This document shows, in pieces, positions 29,647 through 42,489 of a DNA stretch of 64,000 bases; the first letter of the stretch is position 1; every line of letters begins with the position of its first letter. The translations under genes were made by a program, and so were the position numbers. Under the pieces are notes generated by a model, which did not search any database, was not told where the DNA came from, and saw nothing but the letters and a program-made list of their open reading frames with translations. The DNA is taken from NCBI GenBank assembly GCA_000146465.1, contig CP001944.1. One strand, written 5' to 3'.

Positions 29647-30330
29647 ATGGACAACTTTGGAGGCAACTTCTTTAATTCTTATAACAATAACTCTACCAGA
29701 GAGACAGAAGGAAGCCAATACTTTGATCCTTACTTTGTCAAGCATCGAAAAAGAACAACGAAAGCACAGCTCAAGGTTCTGGAGGAAACCTTCGAGACCA
29801 ACATCCGGCCGGATGCAAACATGAGGAAGAAGCTTGGGGAAGAGCTAGGAATGACGCCTAGAAGTGTCCAAGTATGGTTCCAGAACAGAAGGGCAAAAAT
29901 CAAAAAGCTCACACAGAAGAAGATGATGCAGCAAGAAAACACAGACAACACCAAGGGCCAGGAGACAGCCCATACACCAAGCCCATCAAAAGAAAGCAAA
30001 TACAACGGCTATCACCCATACATGCCCATCCAGGGACCTTTAGAAGAGTTCAATGTATATCCAAGAGATAACAGCATCTATAAACATGCAATACCGCAAG
30101 GAATGGGATCTCCGGTGATGTATGAGGGCTTTGGATACAGAGGGCATGAAGAATACGGATATCCCTATGTACAGAGATATGGAAACGGAGAGTACTATCA
30201 AATGCAATATCCGTATGGGATGATGCAGGCTCAATGGCACCAACCTCCAGGATTCCGTGACGAAGATTACTATCGCTCTACTAGAAAACAGCAATATAGA
30301 GGAGGCGCACCCAATCCTGAAAAGATGTAG
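29647..30330 (+). CDS. Homeobox protein with a Tyr/Gln-rich C-terminal tail.
   Basis: Homeodomain KHRKRTTKAQLKVLEETFETNIRPDANMRKKLGEELGMTPRSVQVWFQNRRAKIKK. The tail reads YPYVQRYGNGEYYQMQYPYGMMQAQWHQPPG. First in-frame ATG at 29647; the track starts at GTG 29503. Confidence 0.85.
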   Translation: MDNFGGNFFNSYNNNSTRETEGSQYFDPYFVKHRKRTTKAQLKVLEETFETNIRPDANMRKKLGEELGMTPRSVQVWFQNRRAKIKKLTQKKMMQQENTDNTKGQETAHTPSPSKESKYNGYHPYMPIQGPLEEFNVYPRDNSIYKHAIPQGMGSPVMYEGFGYRGHEEYGYPYVQRYGNGEYYQMQYPYGMMQAQWHQPPGFRDEDYYRSTRKQQYRGGAPNPEKM

Positions 30331-30845
30331 TCTTCGCTGGGGTATGTCCATAAATTCACGGCCTGCAAGAATTAGACTTGCCACAGAATTTTATATCTTT
30401 AATAATATTAAAACTTTAGGTAAATGCCTTGGTCTTGGTAAGACCATTTTTGCAATTTATCTACTTACATTTGTATTAATAAAAAGGAGAAATTCAGGAA
30501 GAAAACGAAATAAAGCGTAGAAGGCCCATTTAATACCAGGCATTACTTGTATCGGCATAGACATCCATGGGATCCGCTTTTTGAGCACTTGGAATCTTCT
30601 TTTCTGTCCGAATCCGAGCACCTACACTTTTCCATCTCTCCCGATGAGCAGGGGGGACATTTGCATGAGTTATCAACGCATTCACTGTTCTTACAAGTCT
30701 TATTTCCCTTCATAGAGCTTTGTTTTTTTGTCTATAAAAGCTTTCAGATGACCATTGAAACAACTCCAACTCATTTCGATAGCTGTCATTATGAATGGTG
30801 CCATCTGACAAATGATTGTGGTCTTCCACTACACCCAAGCTCAGG

Positions 30846-32438
30846 TTAAAACCTATCCATTGGAGGATCAAAGAGAATGCTATCTTCGTGAGCCTCCCCT
30901 CTCCTTCTGAAATAACGTATTCCAATAAAGATGAGATATGACAAGATGAAGATGGCAAGGAAAATGAATACAATTGTGATAACATCGCTAGGAAATCCCC
31001 AAAAGTGGAAAATAGATCGTTGAGAACGGCTTCCACATTCCAAACGAGGTATCTTTAGCACATTGTATGATCCTCTGCTATTCCAGAATGAGTTCTGATT
31101 CAGATATCCCCAGATTTGAGAGAATGTAGCTCTTGGAGATGTTTCTAGGAAAAGAGCAATCGAGCTTGCAACTATTGCTGCCGATAGGCTAGTCCCTGCA
31201 GCACTGTTTTCTCGAAGAACCTCCTCTCCCAGTGCAAATATCCTCACACAATCTCCATGATTTGAGAATTTGGATACTCCAGCATACTTGTTTACAGACC
31301 CGACGTTGATGACTGACTTCGAGCTTCCAGGAGAGTAATTGCAGGACTGGTCGTGGAGATTTCCAGCGGGTGTGACAACTACCATTCCTCGACTAGATAT
31401 ATGGTCGACAACAGCGTTTAAAGCCTCGGAATAAGGCCCGGAAACCCCAAAAACAAGAATCCCTGGCCCTCCTTTGCTTTCAAGGCTTTCTAATCCGTAA
31501 ATCATGTCAGAAAGCATAACCTTTCCATCGCACCCGACTACATCAAGGACATTCAGATGACTGTCCTTGGCAAATCCAGTATCTCTTCCCACCAGAAGAG
31601 AGGCCATCGTGTCTCCGTGCGTGTTGCATGATTCGAGACGTCCACTTAGATTGCAGACGTTGTTTACAGGTTTGACTGTTGTATCCAGGAGAAATATGCT
31701 TACTCCCTTTCCAGTATGATAATATTCGTAGAACCCAAAAAAACTTGCCATCATTCTTTTGATCTGAAGTACTCGGAAGATCCAGTTGTCATAAAAGTAG
31801 TTGTTGAAGATGATATTTTCATAATACTTCATCAGATACATGTAGTTTGGAATGCTATTCTGAAATGCAGACACACCGTATATCTTGTCTTCCTCTATAT
31901 GCATGCCAATCCCACTACCTTTTTTCATCACATTCTCATTGTTTGAGCAAAAGGACACACCTGTAACATTCTTAGTATATTGTCTCTTGATCTTCCCGTT
32001 CTGTCCCTCTACAAAGGCAGAGATGTTTGACAGGTCTCCATCATGTACGTCCTTCGTCAAGATATAACACCTCTCCCTTCCAAAAGTGTAATTGTCGTTG
32101 CCTTTACATTGAGTATCGTCCAGGTTACTACCTGTCTTTATCTGTCCCTCATATCGGGCTACAGAGGGAATCTGAGCATCTTTCCTGGGCTCTTCAACTT
32201 CTACCACAACCTCCTTGACCACAGTTCGAACTTCAGTCTGTACCTCTATAGAGGGTATGTCTGTAGGATTTCCCGCTTCGTATGAGTCTTTGTTTCCTTG
32301 AAAAAGAATTCCAGGTGGGTTTTCCTCCTGACCTTCTTGGATAGACTTCTCCAGTCCTATAATCTCACCTGTACTCACATCTTCACTACCCCACACCCTT
32401 TGTGATACTATTAGAACCATAATTCCCATTAGAAACAT
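30846..32438 (-). CDS. Subtilisin-like serine protease with a signal peptide and a C-terminal TM anchor.
   Basis: The N-terminal MFLMGIMVLIVSQRVWG is hydrophobic. Subtilase His block (THGDTMASLLVGR) and Ser block (GTSLSAAIVASSIAL) are present. The C-terminus is hydrophobic (VITIVFIFLAIFILSYLIFIGI). Confidence 0.85.
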   Translation of the reverse strand: MFLMGIMVLIVSQRVWGSEDVSTGEIIGLEKSIQEGQEENPPGILFQGNKDSYEAGNPTDIPSIEVQTEVRTVVKEVVVEVEEPRKDAQIPSVARYEGQIKTGSNLDDTQCKGNDNYTFGRERCYILTKDVHDGDLSNISAFVEGQNGKIKRQYTKNVTGVSFCSNNENVMKKGSGIGMHIEEDKIYGVSAFQNSIPNYMYLMKYYENIIFNNYFYDNWIFRVLQIKRMMASFFGFYEYYHTGKGVSIFLLDTTVKPVNNVCNLSGRLESCNTHGDTMASLLVGRDTGFAKDSHLNVLDVVGCDGKVMLSDMIYGLESLESKGGPGILVFGVSGPYSEALNAVVDHISSRGMVVVTPAGNLHDQSCNYSPGSSKSVINVGSVNKYAGVSKFSNHGDCVRIFALGEEVLRENSAAGTSLSAAIVASSIALFLETSPRATFSQIWGYLNQNSFWNSRGSYNVLKIPRLECGSRSQRSIFHFWGFPSDVITIVFIFLAIFILSYLIFIGIRYFRRRGEAHEDSILFDPPMDRF

Positions 32439-32584
32439 CTACTTCTCCTTCACATCGGGCAGAAAGTAAATCCTTGTTCCCAAAGATATGATACCCATGT
32501 TTCACTTTCCATCTGCAGTAGAACTCAACAAATGAAATCAGCCGACAATCGTCTTTGTTACATAAACAACCCATAAAATAGACT

Positions 32585-33121
32585 TTAATGGTTATTCATC
32601 TTTTTTTTCCATTCAACAGGACATATCTCCCCATTTTCGTCGTTGAAGGTGATAGCATCAATTAAACGGAGGATCTCGCTAACCGACCTTCCAACTGCAT
32701 GGTAATTGATGCTTAGGTGTTTAACATCCAGATCCTTGGAGAGTATTACCGTGCCTCGCATGGGGTGTCCGTTCTCCTCATCAAACATCTCAAACTGATT
32801 GCAGAGTTCCCTCTTCATATCCCATATCATTGGCCATGAAACACCTAGGATCCCGCCATTTTCCCTTGATATTGAGGCCCATGCACGATGTGAGTAGACC
32901 GAGTCGCAGGAAACAAACAGAACTAAGGCATTCCTTTTGAGAAACTCCTCTTTGAGATCGCAAAATCTGTTGACCTCTGTAGGACATACAAAGGTGAAAT
33001 CTAAAGGGTAAAAAACAATCACAACATATTTCCCTCTGTAGTCTTCAAGAGAAATCTCCTTGATTTCTCCATCAACCAGTGCCTTGTATTTGTTACTAGT
33101 AAGAACTTTAGGAAATTTCAT
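32585..33121 (-). CDS. 2-Cys peroxiredoxin (thioredoxin peroxidase).
   Basis: Peroxidatic Cys in FYPLDFTFVCPTEV and resolving Cys in GEICPVEWKK. Start placed at MKFPKVL (33121) because the longer track ORF to 33217 would overlap the upstream gene. Confidence 0.9.
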   Translation of the reverse strand: MKFPKVLTSNKYKALVDGEIKEISLEDYRGKYVVIVFYPLDFTFVCPTEVNRFCDLKEEFLKRNALVLFVSCDSVYSHRAWASISRENGGILGVSWPMIWDMKRELCNQFEMFDEENGHPMRGTVILSKDLDVKHLSINYHAVGRSVSEILRLIDAITFNDENGEICPVEWKKKMNNH

Positions 33122-33194
33122 TAGGGTTGAGTTAATCTTTCTACAAATATAGGGGAAGACATTCCATATCTGGATCATTAAGAGACCTAATCCA

Positions 33195-33614
33195 TTAGGC
33201 CTTTGGATACCATTCATTGTTTAATAGCTCTTCCAGCTCATACAATTCGTTGCAGAAGAAGCCTTTCTCTCTTGCAAGATTAAGAAGCTTCCTAGCCTTT
33301 ACAAAGTTTTCTTTTTCCATGATGTTTCTTCTTGCCATGATGAACACCGACTCCTTGTACTCCAGCAGCTTGTATCTTTCCATGTTCAACTCAATCTCCT
33401 CGAGAGTCTTTTTAATAGCATAGTTGGATATCAGATATCCCGATGCCCTTTTGTACAACCCAAGATTCACATCATGCTTCACTCTATACTTTAGAAATGA
33501 ACCTATGTCTAGCGTCTTAAGGGCTTTGGTGTATTCCAAGAGAATCATACCTTTCTCATGGTCCTCGGACTTCCTAATGACTTTGTTATCTATCGAGTTT
33601 ATTGCCTCGAACAT
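33195..33614 (-). CDS. Hypothetical helical protein, about 140 aa.
   Basis: The track ORF begins at GTG 33692; the first ATG is at 33614. It runs divergent to RPL3. No family recognised. Confidence 0.4.
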   Translation of the reverse strand: MFEAINSIDNKVIRKSEDHEKGMILLEYTKALKTLDIGSFLKYRVKHDVNLGLYKRASGYLISNYAIKKTLEEIELNMERYKLLEYKESVFIMARRNIMEKENFVKARKLLNLAREKGFFCNELYELEELLNNEWYPKA

Positions 33615-33743
33615 TTCAAGAAAGAGTGGGGTGCGAGGGCCTTTGGTGTGTGAGTTTAGTCTTTGTAACGTCAATTTGATATATACACCCACGACTTAAT
33701 TCTCAAGGAGACTGCTTAATGGAAAAATTTGTGCCCTTGCCAA

Positions 33744-34895
33744 ATGAGCTGCAGGAAGTTCAACGCACCGAGACATGGATCTTTGCAGTTCTGCCCAAGG
33801 AAAAGATCGAAGACAATCAGGCCGTCTGTAGGGGCGTTTCCGGCTGACGATATCTCCCAGCCTGTGCATCTGACTGGATTTATGGGGTACAAGGCAGGGA
33901 TGACACATGTGATAAGGACTAAGACCCAGGTTGCAAAGAACAAGCAACTTTCTAGGGAGGTGATGGATGCAGTGACTGTGGTTGAAGCACCGCCGATGGT
34001 TGTGTATGGGATTGTGGGATATGAGAGGACTGTGACTGGACTGCACAGACTCCCGATTGTCACGGCATCCTATGTGAACGATGGAGTTCTCCGCAGGATG
34101 TTTGGTAACAAGTACATGGAGAAGGAGGCGGCGGCCCAGTTCTGCCGAGGAGAAGTGACGGAGTCCCGGGTTGAAGAGATCAAGAAGAGGGCAGAGTGTG
34201 TGCGAGTGCTTGTTCAGACACAGCCGGAGATGGTGAAGACACTTGGGCTGAAGAAAGCACACATCGCGGAGATACAGTTGAATGGAGGAAGCATCTGCGA
34301 GAAGGTTGAGTGGGCTCTGGAGAGGCTTGAGAAGGAGATCCAGATTGCAGAGGTGTTTGGAGAGAATGAGAACATCGATGTGATTGGGGTGACGAAGGGA
34401 AAGGGATTCCAAGGAACAGTGAAGAGGTTTGGAGTACGAAAGCAGCCGCGCAAGTCTCGAAAGGGGATCCGAAAGGTTGCATGCATTGGAGCATGGCATC
34501 CGAGCCGTGTGATGTACTCTGTTGCACGAGCAGGGCAGATGGGGTTCCATAGAAGAACAGAGAAGAACAAGAGGGTGTACATGATTGGAAATGGAAGCAC
34601 CAAGATCAAGACTGAGTTTGACCTAACCGAGAAGGCGATTTCGCCGATGGGAGGATTCCCTCACTATGGAGAAGTGAAGAACGACTTCATCATGGTGAAG
34701 GGGGCGGTTGTCGGGCCACGGAAGAGGGTTGTGACGCTTCGAAAGAGTCTTACACAGCAGAGGCCGAGCGAGGAGCTTGTGATCAAGTTTGTCGACACAT
34801 CGTCGAAGATAGGACATGGGCGGTTCCAGACAAGTGCAGAGAAGAAGGCATTCTACGGAGCAAAGAAGGCAGAAACAGTCGCCGAAGTCCATTAA
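33744..34895 (+). CDS. RPL3: 60S ribosomal protein L3 (uL3).
   Basis: [21 protein letters not shown]..., [40 protein letters not shown] and [19 protein letters not shown]. Collinear with eukaryotic L3. ATG at 33744. Confidence 0.95.
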   Translation: MSCRKFNAPRHGSLQFCPRKRSKTIRPSVGAFPADDISQPVHLTGFMGYKAGMTHVIRTKTQVAKNKQLSREVMDAVTVVEAPPMVVYGIVGYERTVTGLHRLPIVTASYVNDGVLRRMFGNKYMEKEAAAQFCRGEVTESRVEEIKKRAECVRVLVQTQPEMVKTLGLKKAHIAEIQLNGGSICEKVEWALERLEKEIQIAEVFGENENIDVIGVTKGKGFQGTVKRFGVRKQPRKSRKGIRKVACIGAWHPSRVMYSVARAGQMGFHRRTEKNKRVYMIGNGSTKIKTEFDLTEKAISPMGGFPHYGEVKNDFIMVKGAVVGPRKRVVTLRKSLTQQRPSEELVIKFVDTSSKIGHGRFQTSAEKKAFYGAKKAETVAEVH

Positions 34896-35016
34896 ACTCT
34901 TCAATATTATATATGTCCTTACTTTAGATGACTCTGATTTGTATTTCCATTCTAATTGGCTTGGGAAATATTCGCCTTTTCTTTTGATTATTTATTCATA
35001 TTTTTAACCGCTGAAT

Positions 35017-35997
35017 ATGATAAGCTCAATCGGCTTTCTTCCTGGTGGAGTTTCAATAGAGAGACTCAAGGAGTTTGTGTATGACGAGGACATCCATCGA
35101 GCATTGGACTATCTTGGAATTCCGGTTGTCGACAAGTCGAAAATGGCTTGCGACGATGACATCGACGAGTCGGAGGAGATAGTAGAAAACGACATTATAG
35201 TCTTCTGCACTCCAAACGAGGATGATGTGAGTTTCTTGCAGTTTTATGTACAGAACAGAGAATGCACAAACATTTTCCTCCACCACGACACATATGTGTT
35301 CAGCACTATTTGCGATTCTACCCAAGCCGTCATTGGAGGAGAGACGTATGTTGCACTGGCCACATTTGAGAAGGACATTATGGTGTTTGATCCATTTGTG
35401 AGAAACCCGGTGCTTCCTCAAGTTCTTCTTAAAGGACATGAGGAAGCAGTTCTGTCAATAGAGTGTTCCAATGGAGTGCTCTTTAGTGGAGGTCTTGATT
35501 CAACGATTATTGAATGGGATACTGAAAAGGCTCTTCCCAAAAATAGAATACAGGCCATGGGACCTGTGAATAAGCTTGGAACCTTGAATTCATCGGTGAT
35601 TTATTCTGTGGAAAACTCTCTGTATTGGACAGATAGAGAGATTAGGTTTGATGGAGAAGTTGAAAGAATAAGGATTATGGATAATAAAATGCTTGTATCG
35701 GACTCCACAGGGATCTTGAGACATTATGACCTAAGAAATGTATCTGATCCGGTTATGGAGAAGAGAATCCACGAAGACTCTATTACAGGAATCGATGTGC
35801 TTGGAAGTAATGTGTATACAGGATCTCTGGACGGAAGCATAAAGATTGTAAGCCTTGAAACGTTTGATGTTATGAACAGTGAAGACGTCGAAGAGAAGAT
35901 ATTTTCTCTAAAGGTGCATGAAGACGGGTTTTATGTGTATGGAGGAGAGAAGAACGAGCCCGAGCTTAGATACATCGACTGCTCTAAAGACGAGTGA
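35017..35997 (+). CDS. WD40-repeat protein, specific family uncertain.
   Basis: Repeated WD-like units (GHEEAVLSIECSNGVLFSGGLDSTIIEWD; ITGIDVLGSNVYTGSLDGSIKI) follow an acidic N-terminus. Confidence 0.65.
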   Translation: MISSIGFLPGGVSIERLKEFVYDEDIHRALDYLGIPVVDKSKMACDDDIDESEEIVENDIIVFCTPNEDDVSFLQFYVQNRECTNIFLHHDTYVFSTICDSTQAVIGGETYVALATFEKDIMVFDPFVRNPVLPQVLLKGHEEAVLSIECSNGVLFSGGLDSTIIEWDTEKALPKNRIQAMGPVNKLGTLNSSVIYSVENSLYWTDREIRFDGEVERIRIMDNKMLVSDSTGILRHYDLRNVSDPVMEKRIHEDSITGIDVLGSNVYTGSLDGSIKIVSLETFDVMNSEDVEEKIFSLKVHEDGFYVYGGEKNEPELRYIDCSKDE

Positions 35998-36065
35998 TTT
36001 CCAATAAATCATCTTAACAGATGTTTAGTAGAGATTTTGAAAGTTATTAGCTTGGATCCCTGGAA

Positions 36066-37016
36066 ATGGCATGCACAAGATGTGGGGTGTCCCAAGCCAT
36101 AGTCATCCGGCCTAAGGATAAGAGTAAAGTCTGCAAGGCATGTTTTTTCAATGGTTTTGAGGAGGATGTCCATGAAACAATAACATCCTCAAAGATGTTC
36201 AAAGAAGGAGACAAGATTGGAATCGGGGTGAGTGGGGGAAAAGACAGTACGGTGCTGGCCTATGTATTGGACCTTCTCAACAAAAGGCATAAGTATGGGA
36301 TAGAGCTTATACTACTCAGTGTAGATGAAGGAATAGCAGGATACAGAGACCACTCCATCGAAACGGTATGCAAGAACAGCAAAAGCTTTGGATTGAAGCT
36401 TAGGATAGTGTCATTTGAAGAGATATTTGGAGTGACGATGGATGGGATTGCTCATAAAACAGGGAAGAGAGGAAATTGCACATACTGTGGGGTGTTCCGT
36501 AGGCAGGCTCTAGAAGAGGCGGCAAGGGAAATGGGAGTAGATATGATAGCAACAGGACACAATGCAGATGACATGGCCGAAACAGTTCTGCTTAATGTAA
36601 TTCGAGGAGACATTTCCAGGCTTGGAAGATGCACTCGGGAAAAGACAAAAGAGCAGAAAAATGGAGACGGAAAAGTGATATCGCTTTCGAGACTCAAGCC
36701 GTTTAAGCACATTTATCAGAAGGAGATAGTTCTTTATGCATTTTACAAAAAGCTGGAATATTTTTCAACGGAATGCACATATTCTTTTGGAGCATCTCGG
36801 GGAGACCTCAGAATGCTGGTGAAGCAGCTGGAAAGGGAAGATCCGAGAGTGATACTGGAAGTGATAAGAAGTGGGGATCTGCTTCAGCAGAAGGAGTGCA
36901 TGGACAGAACACCTGGAGAGTGTGTGATGTGCGGGCATTCGACATCCTCCGGGGATACCATATGCAACGGATGTACTCTGATCAAGAGATTGGGTAATAC
37001 AAAACCTAACTATTGA
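36066..37016 (+). CDS. NCS6: Cytoplasmic tRNA 2-thiolation protein 1 (Ncs6/CTU1).
   Basis: N-terminal Zn ribbon CTRCGVSQA..CKACF, PP-loop GVSGGKDSTVLAYVL, and C-terminal CxxC pairs (CVMCGH..CNGC). Typical of the Ncs6/TtcA family. Confidence 0.85.
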   Translation: MACTRCGVSQAIVIRPKDKSKVCKACFFNGFEEDVHETITSSKMFKEGDKIGIGVSGGKDSTVLAYVLDLLNKRHKYGIELILLSVDEGIAGYRDHSIETVCKNSKSFGLKLRIVSFEEIFGVTMDGIAHKTGKRGNCTYCGVFRRQALEEAAREMGVDMIATGHNADDMAETVLLNVIRGDISRLGRCTREKTKEQKNGDGKVISLSRLKPFKHIYQKEIVLYAFYKKLEYFSTECTYSFGASRGDLRMLVKQLEREDPRVILEVIRSGDLLQQKECMDRTPGECVMCGHSTSSGDTICNGCTLIKRLGNTKPNY

Positions 37017-37855
37017 GGTTTACTTGAACAGGCTGCTTTTCTATCGAGATCCTTTTCAAGAAGCCAGACTGATATGTGGGAGACCCAATACACAAATGTG
37101 ACAATACAACTATATACACAAAATATTCTGACGTCTGGAAGAAACGTCATGATAGACACAAAGACATATACCAAGGCTGTTGCCCACGTGCTCCTATGAA
37201 TTCCAAGGCGTTCAATGTGATTTAATAGGATTATGTATCCCATGAATGTTGAACACAGAAGATTGAAGACCGAGGATGGCTCATTGAACCTCGACGAAAG
37301 AAGGATGAATCCTAGGAAATAGGATGTCAAGCCAAGTATTTGGTTGCTTGATGTTCTCTTTGGTATGTTTATACTTTCTTCAAGAGAAAGAGGAGTCTCT
37401 TCATCTTTCACTTCGATAGGAGATCCTGTATTATATATGGATGCGGACACAGAGTCTATAATGAAGAATAACTGTGTTATTGTGAAATATACATATAGCG
37501 TAGTGGGATGTATTTCAAGGGTTAGAGTTCTTATTAAAGGAGATAACAAGTATGCAAATGTTAGAAGCATGAAGTTTGGCTTTAGATTGATTCCTGTGTC
37601 TTCTCTATTCTCTAAAAAGTTTTCTATAAATGTGGAAATGAAAGAGAACCATGACGACTTTGGCATCCCAGGCTTATCCTCCAGCATCATAACCTTGAAA
37701 AGAGAGAGGGATAGCATTACTATGGATATTCTAATGACCATTCTATTTATGTCTTCGTAGATCTCATTCACACCTCTCCTCTTGCACACCTGATGAACTT
37801 CCATGTAGTTTATTGGGTATTCCTGCTGTAAATACAGACATCTCTTCCAAAGCAT
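37010..37855 (-). CDS. Hypothetical multipass membrane protein, 281 aa.
   Basis: ATG-started ORF with at least six hydrophobic segments. Its 3' end overlaps the NCS6 3' end by about 7 nt in convergent orientation. Confidence 0.5.
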   Translation of the reverse strand: MLWKRCLYLQQEYPINYMEVHQVCKRRGVNEIYEDINRMVIRISIVMLSLSLFKVMMLEDKPGMPKSSWFSFISTFIENFLENREDTGINLKPNFMLLTFAYLLSPLIRTLTLEIHPTTLYVYFTITQLFFIIDSVSASIYNTGSPIEVKDEETPLSLEESINIPKRTSSNQILGLTSYFLGFILLSSRFNEPSSVFNLLCSTFMGYIILLNHIERLGIHRSTWATALVYVFVSIMTFLPDVRIFCVYSCIVTFVYWVSHISVWLLEKDLDRKAACSSKPQ

Positions 37856-37923
37856 TCAAATACCCTTCAGAACCACCAAGAATTTAACTTTGTTCTTTTA
37901 TTTTATGTGCATAGATAGATCCT

Positions 37924-38151
37924 TTATGGATTAAGTTTTATGCATCTCGACAGATGCTGCGTAAACTTGGCTGCCATCACCTGTTTCCGGCAAGATGGGC
38001 ATTTTAGCCTTGGAACTGAGGTACAAGGCACCGTTGCATAGTTTCCAGGCTTTCTTATATATTTCTGTGTGCATCTTTCCTCCACCACCTTTAGGAGGTA
38101 TTTCTCAAGAACATAGCGAAATACAGACTCCATGATTTCCCCGTTCTTCAT
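37924..38151 (-). CDS. SGF11: Sgf11-like SAGA DUB-module zinc-finger protein, 75 aa.
   Basis: The C-terminal KCPSCRKQVMAAKFTQHLSRC has C-x2-C-x11-H-x3-C spacing. It resembles the Sgf11/ATXN7L3 zinc finger (CPNC...A.RFA.HLEKC). Start at an in-frame ATG. Confidence 0.5.
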   Translation of the reverse strand: MKNGEIMESVFRYVLEKYLLKVVEERCTQKYIRKPGNYATVPCTSVPRLKCPSCRKQVMAAKFTQHLSRCIKLNP

Positions 38152-38174
38152 AAACAAAAAACAATCTCCCCCTC

Positions 38175-40694
<2,520 letters not shown>

Positions 40695-40740
40695 CAAGGG
40701 ATTTTAGAGTTGTATTTTGGGGACTCCAAACCCATAAAAA

Positions 40741-41871
40741 ATGGTTTTTGAATCCGATCTTCCAGAAGCAACTCTGGAGCGCTACTCCAGGCAGATCATT
40801 GTCCCGGGAATACATGTGAAAGGACAGAAGAGCCTTGGAAGCTCGGGAGTATTAGTGGTAGGATGCGGAGGATTGGGGTCTCCGGCCATCCTGTATTTGT
40901 TATCGTGTGGAATAGGGAGAATAGGACTGGTGGATTTTGATAAGGTTGAGATCCACAATTTACAGAGACAGGTTATATACACCGAGGCAGATGTATCTCA
41001 GTACAAGGTCACGGCTGCGTTATCCTTTGTCAAAAGAGCGAATTCTTTGATTAAGGCTGTGGGGTACAACGAGTTTCTGGGAAGGGAGAATGTCGAAAGA
41101 ATTGTTGCCCCGTATGATATTGTTCTGGATTGCACAGACAGCATATGCACAAGATATCTTTTGAGTGACTGTTGCCAGGCTCTTTCCAAAAGTCTTATCT
41201 GTGGATCGGTTCTCAGATGGGAGGGGCAGTTGTACAAGCTTACTCCAGATGGTCCCTGCTATAGATGCCTGTTTCCAGACATGAGGGAAAGAACCCTTAC
41301 ATGTGAGGATGCAGGTGTTGTGGGGCCGATTTGTGGAATTATTGGATCTCTTCAGGCTTTGGAAGCAATCAAAACGATTATGGGAAATACCGAGCCTAAG
41401 ATGACAATCTATAACGGTATAACATCAAACTTTGTAGACTCCAAGCTTAGGAGTTCAAGGAATGACTGCATTGTTTGTTCAAGAAAATGTATCCCAGAAG
41501 ACCTCTACTTTCCCACAGCTAAGTGTACGGCCGTCTCTGATGACAAGGCAACGAATCAGAATGTGGAGACAATTAACTGGGAAGACATTTTGAATAATCT
41601 CGACTCCTATCTTCTTATAGACGTTAGGCCACCAATACAACACGAGATGTTCAGGATAAAAGGTTCTGTGAGCATTCCGCTTGCGGATCTACCAGATAAG
41701 ATTGGAGATATCGAGGCGTCTGGAAAAAAGATAGGAGTTGTATGCAAAAGAGGAATATCGTCTCGAAAGGGAGCTTGGATACTGAATATGAATGGGATTG
41801 AGGCCTTTTCTGTTAATGGAGGAGTCGACAGGCTCAAAAGTCTCCTGAGAAAAACAGGAGCTGGTCCTTGA
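40741..41871 (+). CDS. UBA4: URM1-activating enzyme (Uba4/MOCS3), E1-like with a C-terminal rhodanese domain.
   Basis: RYSRQIIVPGIHVKGQKSL, GVLVVGCGGLGSPAILYL, and CxxC motifs (CYRC, CIVC). The C-terminal rhodanese domain reads LLIDVRPPIQHEMFRIKGSVSIPL with the catalytic Cys in GVVCKRG. Confidence 0.9.
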   Translation: MVFESDLPEATLERYSRQIIVPGIHVKGQKSLGSSGVLVVGCGGLGSPAILYLLSCGIGRIGLVDFDKVEIHNLQRQVIYTEADVSQYKVTAALSFVKRANSLIKAVGYNEFLGRENVERIVAPYDIVLDCTDSICTRYLLSDCCQALSKSLICGSVLRWEGQLYKLTPDGPCYRCLFPDMRERTLTCEDAGVVGPICGIIGSLQALEAIKTIMGNTEPKMTIYNGITSNFVDSKLRSSRNDCIVCSRKCIPEDLYFPTAKCTAVSDDKATNQNVETINWEDILNNLDSYLLIDVRPPIQHEMFRIKGSVSIPLADLPDKIGDIEASGKKIGVVCKRGISSRKGAWILNMNGIEAFSVNGGVDRLKSLLRKTGAGP

Positions 41872-41902
41872 ATAATTTTTTCCAAAAGTCAAGTCCATAC
41901 AG

Positions 41903-42403
41903 ATGTCGGGGAAGTCTTTAAAGGAAGTTCTGAACTTGGAGATCTTTAGAGATAAGAAGATATGTGTAGATGAGGTTCTCCCTCAGAATGTGGATTTTCT
42001 TATTGTTGATCTTTCGGATGCCTTGGGACTCTCTATATCTGCATTCAGCGAAGAGACAGATCACTACAGAAAGATTGCAAAAAGCCGCAATAAACAAGTT
42101 TCTGTAAATTCGGCCTATGATGGAGATTGCATGGAGCCAGACATCATGGATGATGTATGGAGTGCAATGAACATATGGGGAATAGATGGATGTGGGAAAA
42201 TTCAAGTATATAGGTCAGGGACCTGCAAGAAGTCGGACTGGTACAAATACGATATCGTCATTAGGGTTCAGCCACTGGATAGTGGAATATCCACCGACAT
42301 TGATGGAAAGATTCTAATTTTTGGAAGGGGGAGAAAGTATCTTGAGCTTAGATACAAGATATTAAGAGACAGAGTTGACTATTACACTCAACAGTTTGAA
42401 TAG
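41903..42403 (+). CDS. Hypothetical protein, 166 aa.
   Basis: ATG-started ORF. No recognised motif. Confidence 0.45.
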   Translation: MSGKSLKEVLNLEIFRDKKICVDEVLPQNVDFLIVDLSDALGLSISAFSEETDHYRKIAKSRNKQVSVNSAYDGDCMEPDIMDDVWSAMNIWGIDGCGKIQVYRSGTCKKSDWYKYDIVIRVQPLDSGISTDIDGKILIFGRGRKYLELRYKILRDRVDYYTQQFE

Positions 42404-42489
42404 GCAATAAAAATCCCAAGATTTCTATTTGTTTATAGGAATATAATTTTCATCAAGCAAAAGCTTCTGGAGGAAAGGGGAAAGCAGCA

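Noticed and set aside
30547-30849. 100-aa ORF within the long convergent gap.
   Set aside because: His/Ser/Leu-rich composition, no motif, and an unlikely start context. It is more likely a non-coding spacer and is flagged as a gap rather than a gene.
33122-33217. N-terminal 32-codon extension of the peroxiredoxin ORF.
   Set aside because: The extension would overlap the upstream gene's 3' end. Alignment to 2-Cys peroxiredoxins begins at MKFPKVL, so the shorter start is more plausible.
33696-34550. 284-aa ORF on the minus strand.
   Set aside because: It lies entirely antisense to the unambiguous RPL3 gene. Its composition is Pro/His/Cys/Leu-rich and non-protein-like, typical of an antisense shadow ORF.
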